Assembly: GCA_964035545.1 (NCBI GenBank)
Contig: OZ037770.1
Location: 7,320,773 to 7,384,772 of the forward strand
Direction of reading: 5' to 3'
Origin: Bugula neritina
Taxonomy: Eukaryota; Animalia; Bryozoa
Length of the DNA stretch: 64,000 bases
In this document: piece by piece, positions 14,401 through 28,016 of the stretch
How positions within the stretch are numbered: the first letter of the stretch is position 1
Layout of the letters: each line of letters opens with the position of its first letter
Program-made: the position numbers and the translations under genes
Notes under the pieces: model-generated
What the model saw: the letters and a program-made list of their open reading frames with translations, nothing else
What the model was told of the DNA's origin: nothing
Database searches by the model: none

Positions 14401-17400
14401 TGTTGCAGTGTATTTCAATATGTTACAGTGTAATTCAGTATGTTGCAGTATGTTGCAGTGTATTTCAGTATGTTACAGTGGATTTCGGTATGTTGCAGTA
14501 TTTTGCAGTATATTTCAGTGTGTTGCAGTATATTTCAGTATGTTGCCGAGTGTTTCAGTATGTTGCAGTATGTTTTAGTATGTTACAGTATATTTCAGCA
14601 TGTTGCAGTGTAATTCAGTATGTTACAGTATATTTCAGTAGTTTATCATAAATTCCGATATGTTGCAGTATAATTTAATATGTTGCAGTGTATTTCAATA
14701 TGTTACAGTGTATTTTAGTATATTTCAGTATGTTGCTGTGTAATTATGCATGTTGCAGTACATTTCAGTATGTTGACGTATGTTTCAGTATGTTACAGTA
14801 CATTTCTGTATATTACAGTCTACTCCAGTGTGTTGCAGTGTGTTTCAGTATGCTACAGCATAATATTTCACTATGTTGCAGTATATTTCAATGTCTCGCA
14901 GTATATTTCAATGTGTTGCAGCGTTTTTCAATATGTTACAGTGTATGTCAGTATGTTGCAGTATGTTGCAGTGTATTTCAGTATGTGACAGTGTATTTCA
15001 GTATGTTGCAGTGTGATTGGGTATGTTGCAGTATATTTCAGTATGTTGTCGTATGTATCAGTATTTCACAGTACATTTCTGTATATTACAGTATATTTCA
15101 GTCTGTTGCAGTGCATTTCAGCATGTTGCAGTATGTTGCAGTGTAATTCAGTATGTTACAGTGTATTTCAGTATGTTGTAGTATATTTCAGTTTGTTACA
15201 GTGTAGTTCAGTATGTTGCTGTATGTTGCAGTATGTTGCAGTCTATTTCAGTTTGTTACAGTGTAGTTCAGTATGTTGCTGTATGTTGCAGTATGTTGCA
15301 GTATATTTAAGTATGTTACAGTATGTTGCAGTATGTTACAGTACATTTCCGGATATTACACTATATTTCAGTGAGTTGCAGTGTATTTCAGTGTCCTGCA
15401 GCATATTTCAGTACGGTGCAGTGTTTTTCAATATGTTACAGTATGTTTCACTATATTACTGTATGTATAGGTATGTTGCAGTTTATTATAATGTGTTGCA
15501 GTGTATTTCATTATGTTACAGTGTATTTCAGTATGTTGCAGTATGTTGCAGGATATTTCAGTATGTTACAGTATATTTCAGTATGTTGAAGTATGTTTAG
15601 GTGTGTTGCAGTATATTTCAATGTGTTGCAGTGTAATTCAATATGTTACAGTGTAGTTCAGTATGTTGCAGTATGTTACAGTATGTTGCAGTGTATTTCA
15701 GTATGTTACAGTGGATTTCGGTATGTTGCAGTATTTTGCAGTATATTTCAGTGTGTTGCAGTATATTTCAGTATGTTGCCGAGTGTTTCAGTATGTTGCA
15801 GTATGTTTTAGTATGTTACAGTATATTTCAGCATGTTGCAGTGTAATTCAGTATGTTACAGTATATTTCAGTAGTTTATCATAAATTCCGATATGTTGCA
15901 GTATAATTTAATATGTTGCAGTGTATTTCAATATGTTACAGTGTATTTTAGTATATTTCAGTATGTTGCTGTGTAATTATGCATGTTGCAGTACATTTCA
16001 GTATGTTGACGTATGTTTCAGTATGTTACAGTACATTTCTGTATATTACAGTCTACTCCAGTGTGTTGCAGTGTATTTCAGTATGCTACAGCATAATATT
16101 TCACTATGTTGCAGTATATTTCAATGTCTCGCAGTATATTTCAGTATGTTTCAGTATGTTTCAGTTTGTTGCAGTATATTTCAATGTGTTGCAGTGTTTT
16201 TCAATATGTTACAGTGTATTTCAGTATGTTGCAGTTTATTGCAGTGTATTTCAGTATGTGACAGTGTATTTCAGTATGTTGCAGTGTGATTGGGTATGTT
16301 GCAGTATATTTCAGTATGTTGTCGTATGTTTCAGTATTTTACAGTACATTTCTGTATATTACAGTATATTTCAGTCTGTTGCAGTGTATTTCAGTATCTT
16401 GCAGTAAGTTGCAGTGTAATTCAGTATGTTACAGTGTATTTCAGTATGTTGTAGTATATTTCAGCATGTTGCAGTACTCTTCAGTATGTTGACGTATGTT
16501 TCAGTATGTTACAGTACATTTCTGTATATTACAGTATACTTCAGGGTATTTCAGTATGCTACAGCATATTTCAGTATGTTGCAGTATATTTCAATGTGTT
16601 GCAGTATATTTCAGTATTTTGCCGAATGTTTCAGTATGTTGCAGTATATTTCAATGTGTTGCAGTGTATTTCAATATGTTACAGTGTATTTCGGTATGTT
16701 GCGGTCTATTTCAGTATGTTACAGTATATTTCAATATGTTACAGTACATTTCCGTATATTAAACTATATTTCAGTGAGTTGAGGTGTATTTCAGTGTGCT
16801 AGAGCATATTTCAGTATGGTGCAGTGTTTTTCAATGTGTTACAGTATATTTCAGTATAAAACTGTATATTTAGGTATGTTGCTGTTTATTCCAATGTGTT
16901 GCAGTGTATTTCAGTATGTTACAGTGTATTTCAGTATGTTGCAGCATGTTGCAGAATATTTCAGTATGTTGCAGTATATTTCAGTATGTTGCAGTATGTT
17001 TCAGTATGTTACAACATAATTCAGTATTTTGCCGTACATTTCAGTGTGTTACAGTATATTTCGGTATGTTACAGTATGTTTCGGTATGTTCCAGTATATT
17101 TCGGTATGTTTCAGTATGTTTCAGTATGTTTCAGTGTGTTGCAGTATATTTCACTGTGTTGCAGTGTATTTCATTATGTTACAGTGTATTTCAGTATGTT
17201 GCAGTGTGATTCAGTATGTTACAGTATATTTCAGTATGTTTTCGTATGTTTCAGTATTTTACAGTACATTTCTGTATACTACATTATACTTCAGTGTGTT
17301 GCAGTGTAATTCAGTATGTTGCCGTATGTTTCGGTATGTTACAGTACGTTTCTGTATATTACAGTATACTTCAGTATGTTACAGTGTATTTCAGTATTTT

Positions 17401-18640
17401 GCAGTGTGATTCACTATGTTGCAGTATATTTCAGTATGTTGTCGTATGTTTCAGAATTTTACAGTACATTTCTGTATATTTCAGCGAGTTGCAGTGTATT
17501 TCAGTGTGCTGCACAATATTTCAGTATGTTGCAGTGTTTTTCAATGTGTTACAGTATATTTCAGTATATTAACGTAAATTTAGGTATGTTGCAGTTTATT
17601 TCAATGTGTTGCAGTTTATTTCAGTATGTTAAAGTTTATTTCAGTATGTTGCAGTATGTTGCAGTATATTTCAATAGGTTGAAGTATATTTCAGTATGTT
17701 GCAGTATGTTTCAGTATTTTACAACATAATTCAGTATTTTGCCGTATATTTCATTGTGTTCCAGTATATTTCATTATGTTGCAGTATGTTTCGGTATGTT
17801 CCAGTATAATTCAGTATGTTTCTCAATGTTTTAGTACATTTCAGTATGTTACAGTACGAGTCCGTATATTACGATATACTTTGATATGTTGCAGTATATT
17901 TCAGTATGTTGCAGTATGTTTCGGTGTGTTGCAGTGTATTTTAATATGTTACAGTGTAATTCAGTATGTTGCAGTATGTTGCAGTATGTTGCAGTGTATT
18001 TCAGTATGTTACAGTGGATTTCGGTATGTTGCAGTATTTTGCAGTATATTTCAGTGTGTTTCAGTATATTTCAGTATGTTGCCCAGTGTTTCAGTATGTT
18101 CCAGTATGTTTTAGTATGTTACAGTATATTTCAGTATGTTGCAGTGTAATTCAGTATGTTACGGTATATTTCAGTAGTTTACCATAAATTCCGGTATCTT
18201 GCAGTATAATTGAATGTGTTGCAGTGTATTTCAATATGTTACAGTGTATTTCAGTATATTTCAGTATGTTGCTGTGTAATTCAGTATGTTGCAGTATATT
18301 TCAGTAGGTTGTCGTATGTTTCAGCATTTTACAGTACATTTCTGTATATTACAGTATAATTGAATGCGTTGCAATGTGTTTCAATATGTTACAGTGTATT
18401 TCAGTATGTTGCAGTATGCTGCAGTGTAATTATGCATGTTGCAGTACATTTCAGTATGTTGACGTATGTTTCAGTATGTTACAGTACATTTCTGTATATT
18501 ACAGTCTACTCCAGTGTGTTGCAGTGTATTTGAGTATGCTACAGCATAATATTTCACTATGTTGCGGTATATTTCAATGTCTCGCAGTATATTTCAGTAT
18601 GTTTCAGTGTGTTGCAGTATATTTCAATGTGTTGCAGTGT

Positions 18641-21510
18641 TTTTCAATATGTTACAGTGTATTTCAGTATGTTGCAGTTTGTTGCAGTGTATTTCAGTAT
18701 GTGACAGTGTATTTCAGTATGTTGCAGTGTGTTGCAGTATGTTGCAGGGTATTTCAGTATGTTACAGTGGATTTCGGTATGTTGCAGTATTTTGCAGTAT
18801 ATTTCAGTGTGTTGCAGTAAATTTCAGTATGTTGCCGAGTGTTTCAGTATGTTGCAGTATGTTTTAGTATGTTACAGTATATTTCAGTATGTTGCAGTGT
18901 AATTCAATATGTTACAGTATATTTCAGTAGTTTACCATAAATTCCGGTATGTCGCAGTATGATTGAATGTGTTGCAATGTATTTCAATATGTTACAGTGT
19001 AATTCCGTATGTTGCAGTATGTTGCAGTATGTTGCAGTATGTTGCAGTATGTTGCAGTATATTTCAGCATGTTAAAGTGTATCTCGGTATGTTGTAGTAT
19101 GTTGCAGTGTATTTCAGTATGTTGCAGTGTATTCCAGTGTGCTACACAATATTTCAGTATGTTGCAGTGTTTTTCAATGTGTTACAGTATATTTCAGTAT
19201 ATTACCGTAAATTTAGGTATGTTGCAGTTTATTCCAACGTGTCGCAGTTCATTTCAGTATGTTACAGTGTATTTCAATATGTTGCAGTATGTTGCAGTGT
19301 AATTCATTATGTTACAGTGTATTTCAGTATGTTGCAGTCTATTTCAGTATGTTACAGTGTATTTCAGTATGTTGCAGTATGTTTCAGTGTGTTGCAGTGT
19401 ATTTCAATATGTTACAGTTTATTTCAGTGTGTTGCAGTCTATTTCAGTTTGTTACGGTGTAGTTCAGTATGTTGCAGTATGTTGCAATATGTTGCAGTAT
19501 ATTTAAGTATGTTACAGTATATTGCAGTATGTTACAGTACATTTCCGTATATTACACTATATTTCAGTGAGTTGCAGTGTAGTTCAGTGTGCTGCAGCAT
19601 ATTTCAGTATGGTGCAGTGTTTTTCAATATGTTACAGTATGTTTCACTATATTACTGTATATTTAAGTATGTTGCAGTTTATTATAATGTGTTGCAGTGT
19701 ATTTCAATATGTTACAGTGTAATTCAGTATGTTGCAGTATGTTGCAGGATATTTCAGTACGTTGCAGTATATTTCAGTATGTTGAAGTATGTTTCAGTGT
19801 GTTGCAGTATATTTCAATGTGTTGCAGTGTATTTCAATATGTTACAGTGTAATTCAGTATGTTGCAGTATGTTGCAGTGTGTTGCAGTATATTTCAATGT
19901 GTTTCAGCGTATTTCAGTATGTTACAGTGTATTTCAGTAAGTTGCAGTGTGATTCAGTATGTTGCAGTATATTTCACTATGTTGTCGTATTATTCAGTAT
20001 TTTACAGTACATTTCGGTATATTTCAGCAAGTTGCAGTGTATTTCAGTGTGCTACACAATATTTCAGTATGTTGCAGTGTTTTTCAATATGTTACAGTGT
20101 ATTTCAGTATGTTGCAGTTTGTTGCAGTGTATTTCAGTATGTGACAGTGTATTTCAGTATGTTGCAGTGTGTTGCAGTATGTTGCAGGGTATTTCAGTAT
20201 GTTACAGTGGATTTCGGTATGTTGCAGTATTTTGCAGTATATTTCAGTGTGTTGCAGTAAATTTCAGTATGTTGCCGAGTGTTTCAGTATGTTGCAGTAT
20301 GTTTTAGTATGTTACAGTATATTTCAGTATGTTGCAGTGTAATTCAATATGTTACAGTATATTTCAGTAGTTTACCATAAATTCCGGTATGTCGCAGTAT
20401 GATTGAATGTGTTGCAATGTATTTCAATATGTTACAGTGTAATTCCGTATGTTGCAGTATGTTGCAGTATGTTGCAGTATGTTGCAGTATATTTCAGCAT
20501 GTTAAAGTGTATCTCAGTATGTTGTAGTATGTTGCAGTGTATTTCAGTATGTTGCAGTGTATTCCAGTGTGCTACACAATATTTCAGTATGTTGCAGTGT
20601 TTTTCAATGTGTTACAGTATATTTCAGTATATTACCGTAAATTTAGGTATGTTGCAGTTTATTCCAATGTGTCGCAGTTCATTTCAGTATGTTACAGTGT
20701 ATTTCAATATGTTGCAGTATGTTGCAGTGTAATTCATTATGTTACAGTGTATTTCAGTATGTTGCAGTCTATTTCAGTATGTTACAGTGTATTTCAGTAT
20801 GTTGCAGTATGTTTCAGTGTGTTGCAGTGTATTTCAATATGTTACAGTTTATTTCAGTGTGTTGCAGTCTATTTCAGTTTGTTACGGTGTAGTTCAGTAT
20901 GTTGCAGTATGTTGCAATATGTTGCAGTATATTTAAGTATGTTACAGTATATTGCAGTATGTTACAGTACATTTCCGTATATTACACTATATTTCAGTGA
21001 GTTGCAGTGTAGTTCAGTGTGCTGCAGCATATTTCAGTATGGTGCAGTGTTTTTCAATATGTTACAGTATGTTTCACTATATTACTGTACATTTAGGTAT
21101 GTTGCAGTTTATTATAATGTGTTGCAGTGTATTTCAATATGTTACAGTGTAATTCAGTATGTTGCAGTATGTTGCAGGATATTTCAGTACGTTGCAGTAT
21201 ATTTCAGTATGTTGAAGTATGTTTCAGTGTGTTGCAGTATATTTCAATGTGTTGCAGTGTATTTCAATATGTTACAGTGTAATTCAGTATGTTGCAGTAT
21301 GTTGCAGTGTGTTGCAGTATATTTCAATGTGTTTCAGCGTATTTCAGTATGTTACAGTGTATTTCAGTAAGTTGCAGTGTGATTCAGTATGTTGCAGTAT
21401 ATTTCACTATGTTGTCGTATTATTCAGTATTTTACAGTACATTTCGGTATATTTCAGCAAGTTGCAGTGTATTTCAGTGTGCTACACAATATTTCAGTAT
21501 GTTGCAGTGT
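18641..21510 (+). repeat. Tandem duplication of ~1.43-1.44 kb inside SatA (18641-20080 / 20081-21510)
   Basis: Offset 1430 for ORF pairs 19107/20537, 19259/20689, 19522/20952, 19859/21289. Both copies share rare variants 'gttaaagtgtatctc' and 'gattgaatgtgttgcaatgt'. Confidence 0.9.
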
Positions 21511-22921
21511 TTTTCAATGTGTTACAGTATATTTCAGTATATTACCGTAAACTTAGGTATGTTGCAGTTTGTTCCATTGTGTTGCAGTTCATTTCAGTAT
21601 GTTACAGCGTATTTCAGTGTGTTGCAGTATGTTGCAGTATATTTCAGTAGGTTGAAGTATATTTCAGTATGTTGCAGTATGTTTCCGTATATTACTCTAT
21701 ATTTCAGTGAGTTGAGGTGTATTTCAGTGTGCTAGAGCATATTTCAGTATGGTGCAGTGTTTTTCAATGTGTTACAGTATATTTCAGTATATTACCGTAT
21801 ATTTAGGTATGTTGCTGTTTATTCCAATGTGTTGCAGTGTATTCCATTATGTTACAGTGTATTTCAGTATGTTGCAGCATGTTGCAGAATATTTCAGTAT
21901 GTTGCAGTGTAGTTCAGTATGTTGCAGTATGTTTCAGTATGTTACAACATAATTCAGTATTTTGCCGTACATTTCAGTGTGTTACAGTATACTTCGGTAT
22001 GTTACAGTATGTTTCGGTATGTTCCAGTATATTTCAGTATGTTTCAGTATGTTTCAGTGTGTTGCAGTATATTTCACTGTGTTGCAGTGTATTTCAATAT
22101 GTTACAGTGTATTTCAGTATGTTGCAGTGTGATTCAGTATGTTACAGTATATTTCAGTATGTTGTCATATGTTTCAGTATGTTACAACATAATTCACTAT
22201 TTTGCCGTATATTTCAGTGTGTTACAGTATATTTCATTATGTTGCAGTATGTTTCGGTATGTTCCAGTATAATTCAGTATGTTTCTCAATGTTTCAGTAT
22301 TATTTCAGTATGTTACAGTACATGTCCGTATATTACGATATACTTCGATATGTTGCAGTATATTTCAGTATTTCGCGTATGTTTCAGTGTGTTGCAGTGT
22401 ATTTCAATATGTTACAGTTTATTTCAGTATGTTGCAGTCTATTTCAGTTTGTTACAGTGTAGTTCAGTATGTTGCACTATGTTGCAGTATGTTGCAGTAT
22501 ATTTAAGTATGTTACAGTATATTGCAGTATGTTACAGTACATTTCCGGATATTACACTATATTTCAGTGAGTTGCAGTGTATTTCAGTGTCCTGCAGCAT
22601 ATTTCAGTACGGTGCAGTGTTTTTCAATATGTTACAGTATGTTTCACTATATTACTGTATGTTTAGGTATGTTGCAGTTTATTATAATGTGTTGCAGTGT
22701 ATTTCATTATGTTACAGTGTATTTCAGTATGTTGCAGTATGTTGCAGGATATTTCAGTGTGTTGCAGTATATTTTAATATGTTGCAGTGTAATTCAATAT
22801 GTTACAGTGTAATTCAGTATGTTACAGTATATTTCAGCATGTTGCAGTGTAATTCAGTATGTTACGGTATATTTCAGTAGTTTACCATAAATTCCGGTAT
22901 GTTGTAGTATAATTGAATGTG

Positions 22922-22943
22922 CACAGCATAGTTAAGGTCATTC
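22922..22943 (+). repeat. Terminal inverted repeat, end type L, copy 1 (CACAGCATAGTTAAGGTCATTC)
   Basis: 17 of the first 20 nt match the reverse complement of 28366-28385. Confidence 0.93.
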
Positions 22944-25729
22944 CTAGTTAAATATCATCTCATAATCTAGTCTCAGTTCCTAGTTGCTATTGCTCTGTGG
23001 GCGGCATGCGTATTGCCTACTTGTCATAATTTAGCATGAGATTGAACAATTGCCAACAGACCATCAAATTAGCTAGGGCTGCACCTGTTCATATTACAAC
23101 CATAGCTACAATCTATTGAGCAAGTATGCGGCCATGGCAAGCCTCAGCATCACCTCATTATTATTATTACAAGAGACCAGTGGTTCGTTTCATGTGCAAT
23201 GTACTTGATGTACAAAGGAAGATAATTTTCGCAACTTCTTTTTCAACTAGCCATGTAAAACTATTTCAGATTCTGGAAGCAAGCTAAATGCTAAAGCTAA
23301 CTCAATATTTATCCATTTGCCTAGTCTAATAAAGTTGTTAATAATTACAGGCTTGACTACAACTTTTGAAATTCTATTGCAGATATTGTTTAAATAATGT
23401 AAAAGGCAGCCGTAACAAATAATTTAGAGATGCTCTTCTCTCAAAGCATAATGTTTTTAGGCTAGACTAATAATCTATCTGTTTACTATCATTGACTAAC
23501 TTAAAGCCAAAATTACCTTCATCATTAAAATCCTCTTCTAGTGGCTAAAAACACTTTTCAGTGCTAAACTATTATACAATCAGTTACAGACTCTGCACAA
23601 TAGCTTAGAATAGTAAAGAGACTTGCAAATAGGTCAGATAGTCATGTGTGAGATTTTGTTGGTAGCTGTAAAGATCAGATATGCAGAATTTTGTGTGGCC
23701 ACTCTGACTTTAGATGGTTTGAGTAAAGGATTTGATTGCTGCAAGTTTCTAATATAGCTAGTAGGTACTTTTGTGGTCCTATTGTACGTTAGTATAAGCA
23801 TTAATCAACACTTATTGAGGTGAATTGGAATTTGGAACTATATAAAAGGTTAGACCGTGAGCCTGTGCTTTAAATATATTCTATTTGCTCTCTGTTGTAT
23901 ACATGCAGTCTAAACTTTAAAAGGTCCAATCAAGCCTAAATGGCTTTTAGCTAAATGTCCAAAAATTGGCTATGAGCTGTATCTTGTTGCCTTGCACTGA
24001 GAAATAAATTTGAGGCCAGCAAACAACTGGGCTCCTTTGTACTCCTGGCAGCTACATATCAATAGTTGGTTATCATAGTTGCGCAGTGTTCACTCAAGCA
24101 TTATATTATCGGCTTGCTGTATGCCAACTCAGAGCCAAGATTATCAACTATTTTATGTTTCTAAATTTAGCATCTAATAGAAAAAGCTGCGTCTAGTTAG
24201 ACTGACTGACACTATGCTTGCCTGAGTGAAACATCCAAAATGAACAGTTTTAATCTTAGCTAGGCAAGAATTGAGAATTTGAAGAGAAAACCTCCTTAAG
24301 ATAAAAAAAGATGTCCAGTGAATTTAGTTGTGTTTCCGGCCTGATAGGTGTCAGTTAAGCAGCTCAGATATAATTAGCAATGCATTTTCTATTATTCTGA
24401 TGCTGCAGTTATAATATTCCATAACAAGAATTGACTTAATAATTTAGGGATATGCAACAAATCAACCAGTTTTATTCTAGTTAACACCAGATAGCCATTG
24501 CTAAAGATCAAAACGAAAATCAGTGTGGATTTTCAAACATAATATAATATATATACGCATGATCAGGCATAGAAGTAGCAAGTTCAATGAATAATGTAAA
24601 CATGCAGAAGGTGTAACAGCTGTGTACTATTGTAAAGGAATAAGTCAGGCCTTCTTATAGCTATACATCCTATAATAAGTATATTACAAACATGGGGGAA
24701 ATAATAGGTTAGTTCCCTAATTACTTTTCTTAAACATACATTACAATATTGAATGTCAAAACTGATTTTGTAAAAAAGCAGAATCTATAAAAATTCAAGC
24801 TGCAAAAGCCTAACTAAAAGGCACATTGCTGGGGTGATTAGTCCTTTCAATTATTAATAATTTTAGTTTTTATATCCGTTGATAAAAGTCCTATATTTTT
24901 GCAGGTAGAGTCTTGTTATACAGGTGTCAGTTGTAGAGTATTATGCTTTTTAAACATAAAATATATCGTCTTGCAAGAGTAGAGAATTTAAAGATCCTAA
25001 GAGCTGATGCTGACATAGAAAGGATGTCCTGAGTACACATGCTATAGCATTTCTTTGACAAAACCTAATCATCTAGTAGCCCACTTGTTTTTGGAACTCA
25101 ATCTAAAAATATAAATAGCAGTTTTCTCAATACATTGAAGAGTAATTTGCAACATTTTGAATTTGAATTAACGTGTTCATACACCACAGTTAGTACTATA
25201 GTAATCTATATTCTGTAAAATCTACCTATACTGTAATCAGATCAAAGCTGCCTGCTGGTAACTTTTTAAAAAACAGAGCTCATAATTACAATTACTATTA
25301 GGTTGGATGCTCCCTTGAAATTGTAATTTTCAAATAATTTCTTAGTAGATATGATTGCCATGATGACTCCAATCCTTTGAAACATATTATGCTTATAATG
25401 TATTTTAAGTTGGTCACTCACAGTAAATGTAGTTTAGTATGCAAGTAGTGGTACAATTAGAGTTACTAAACAGAAGATTTTTAGTGCAAAACTATATTTT
25501 CTATGTGCCTACTCAACTACAGTACTCTAAATAATTGGAGAAAAAAGTGATAGTCAATAATAAATTTGGCCATTTTTCTTAGAGTTAATTACATAATGAT
25601 GAAATGAACTCTGACAATTTTGATCTAGTCTTACAGTCTTAGTAATAGTTCTACCATCAATGCATTCCTATTATACTATGCCTTTTTTATGAATATAAAA
25701 CCCAATTTTGAAGTTTAGTTATACTGTGC

Positions 25730-25890
25730 AATGCTATAATAATAATAATAATATAAATATGAATATAATGATATTAATAATACTAATAGTTATAATACGC
25801 AGTATAGGTCTACTGTATAATACTATAATATACTAATAGTACAACTATACAAATCCTATAAAATTGGTTAAAAATAAATTATAATATATT
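25730..25890. repeat. AT-rich low-complexity tract with (AAT)5 inside transposon copy 1
   Basis: aataataataataat at 25738-25752 within very AT-rich sequence. A shorter counterpart lies at about 49440-49560 in copy 2. Confidence 0.7.
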
Positions 25891-28016
25891 ATTGCTTGAA
25901 AGCAATATGAAATATGCGAATTTGCTGAAGGAAGCAGTGGTACTCACTTACCCTTGAAGTTAAACTCTTAAAGTTAATCAAAGTACACTCTTTCATCCTA
26001 GGTTTGAGAGGTAAAAGACGTTTTTCACTCCGTTTTGAAATGATATTCCCACCGCCAGTTGGCAAGTTCACTTCACAGATTGCGTTTTAACATCGAATTT
26101 TTTATTTACCGAGCTAGCTTTTACTAGTAACATATCCAATCGGGCAAGATAAGTAACGCTTTACCAGCTACGTATGATATTATGCAAAGCAGTTTGTTTG
26201 AGGACAGTGCACTGCAGCTGCGGAATTACTAGGGTAGGTTTTGGAGGGGGGGGGGTGAATGTAAATTATAAACGTTCTATGTGCTTTTTTGAAAGCATTA
26301 TGATAGCATACGCTTTAGTCATTTATATGTAAAATAAAACTTATTGTTTTATAAATTATAATTTACTTATTTATTTATTTTACTATTGTTTTAAAAACTT
26401 GATAAAACTTTGAACACCCCCTCATAATACCACAACCGCACTCCACTCCTTTAGTTATAACATAATTAGATTAGAAGTCACATCTTCAATACAAACAAGC
26501 TATTCCGATGCCTGCTGCTGGCATTAGCTTGTAACTGCAGTGAAGCTTTTATAACTGAGCTAGTAGGCTGAAAGTGCACTACCTATAGTTAGCTACCAAT
26601 GTTATGAATTGGTGTAAGCAGTAAAGGAAATGAGTAGTATATATGTGTACAGAAACTTGTACTCAAATGCTTATAGAACCCCATAGTTACGGTTATTTGA
26701 GATTCAGTCAGGTCCAAAAGAAATTGTGAAATTAAATACCCATTTATATTACATCATGCTGAATCTGGTCACAGAATTGGCTATTCAAAGCTAATTGCAA
26801 TTAAAACCATATTGCAATATAAAATAACCTGCCTAAGTTGCTCCTTATTGACGAGTAGTCTAGTTGGGCATTTAAGTTCAAACCATGAGCTCATTTCAGC
26901 TAAAAATAGCAGCACCTTGTCACTGCCTATATGAATGGCTTGCATGGTCACTGCCAGAGCCATTAGCAAAATGGCTTACTGCTATTGCAAGCCTGCTACA
27001 TACAAGCCTCCTACCTGCAAGAACTATTTATCAATCAGAAACTACTTATTTAATTGTAAGCTACCAGAATTTTAATACCACAATATTATAAAAAAAGTTG
27101 TCTAAGCTGGTAGGTGCGATATAAGCAGAAAAGCTAAAACAGCCTAAATTCTTAAATTTTTTTAAGAAATTCTAATTTGGTAACATGTCGGAATTATCTC
27201 TAAACTTCTTAAGCTGCATCTCACCGCCTGTAATAGGCCCAATAATACGAAATGCAGGGTTTAATTTCTCAATACCCTCATCACTGCACATACCTCATAC
27301 TTATTATACTTAGCTGATAAGACTTTACTACTATTGTTGAAAGAAAGTTATGCAATTACTATTCAATTGACTAAAAATTCTCTCCAACAATTTTGTAAAT
27401 TCTGAAAACAAAGTTAATGTTTTAAAATAACAATACAGTGAGTTTGGTTACAGATATAATATTATTAGTATAATTTAGATTACTCTACAGAACAACAAAT
27501 TTGCATTGAAATCACACACAAAAGGCATAAAATTTAGTTGCCTTTACTCTCACTAGCATCCTAAGATGTCTGGGTTATCATACAGGCTGTATTACTAAAC
27601 TGCTTTGCACTGGAAAGAAACAAGTCAAAGCAAGAAATGTACGCAGGCTTGAGAAACCGCTTCATATAAATACAACTGAAATCTAGATTCAGGGTAGATT
27701 GCGCATTGTACAGCCTCGCGTCTATAGGCAGTACAACGATATTGCAACCACCAAGATTCCAACTACTAGCTACTAAAATAATACAATAACCAGTCGCTCA
27801 TACTGCCTTTTACCCATACCACAGTTTACTGCAGAGATGAACTTTAACCCTTTGGTTTAGCGCGCACAACTTGAATCGTAGGCCGCATGAGCTCCCTGTA
27901 ATCATTATGATGGCTAAAATGCAGCGCAGCTCTACCGTGTTCAGCCAAGCGTGCAGACTGAGCGATATGTAAAATTTTTAATAAAATCAGTGTATAAATT
28001 ACACGTTTACACCAAT

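Larger units (their letters stand above)
1..22921 (+). repeat. Satellite A array, block 1 (10-bp monomer, consensus CAGTRTRTTD); continues beyond the left window edge
   Basis: Continuous 10-nt periodicity visible in every line (cagtatgttg, cagtatattt, cagtatgtta, cagtgtattt). Phase shifts only at rare 8/9/11-bp variant units such as 'cagcataatatttcact'. The + strand is T/G-rich. Confidence 0.99.

Noticed and set aside
22922-22965. CACAG terminus as a RAG/Transib recombination signal sequence
   Set aside because: The heptamer is CACAGCA/CACAGCT rather than CACAGTG, there is no nonamer at 12/23 spacing, and the TSD is 2 bp instead of 5 bp.
25889-26071. 60-aa minus-strand ORF, partly open in copy 2
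   Set aside because: GTG start, differences between copies almost all non-synonymous, and an earlier stop in copy 2. No sign of coding constraint.
26885-27091. 68-aa ORF in copy 1 with a similar 60-aa ORF in copy 2 (48203-48385, minus; EPLAKWLTA.ASLLH)
   Set aside because: From the shared ATG, copy 2 has an in-frame TAG and a net 7-nt deletion. The peptide similarity only reflects DNA homology.
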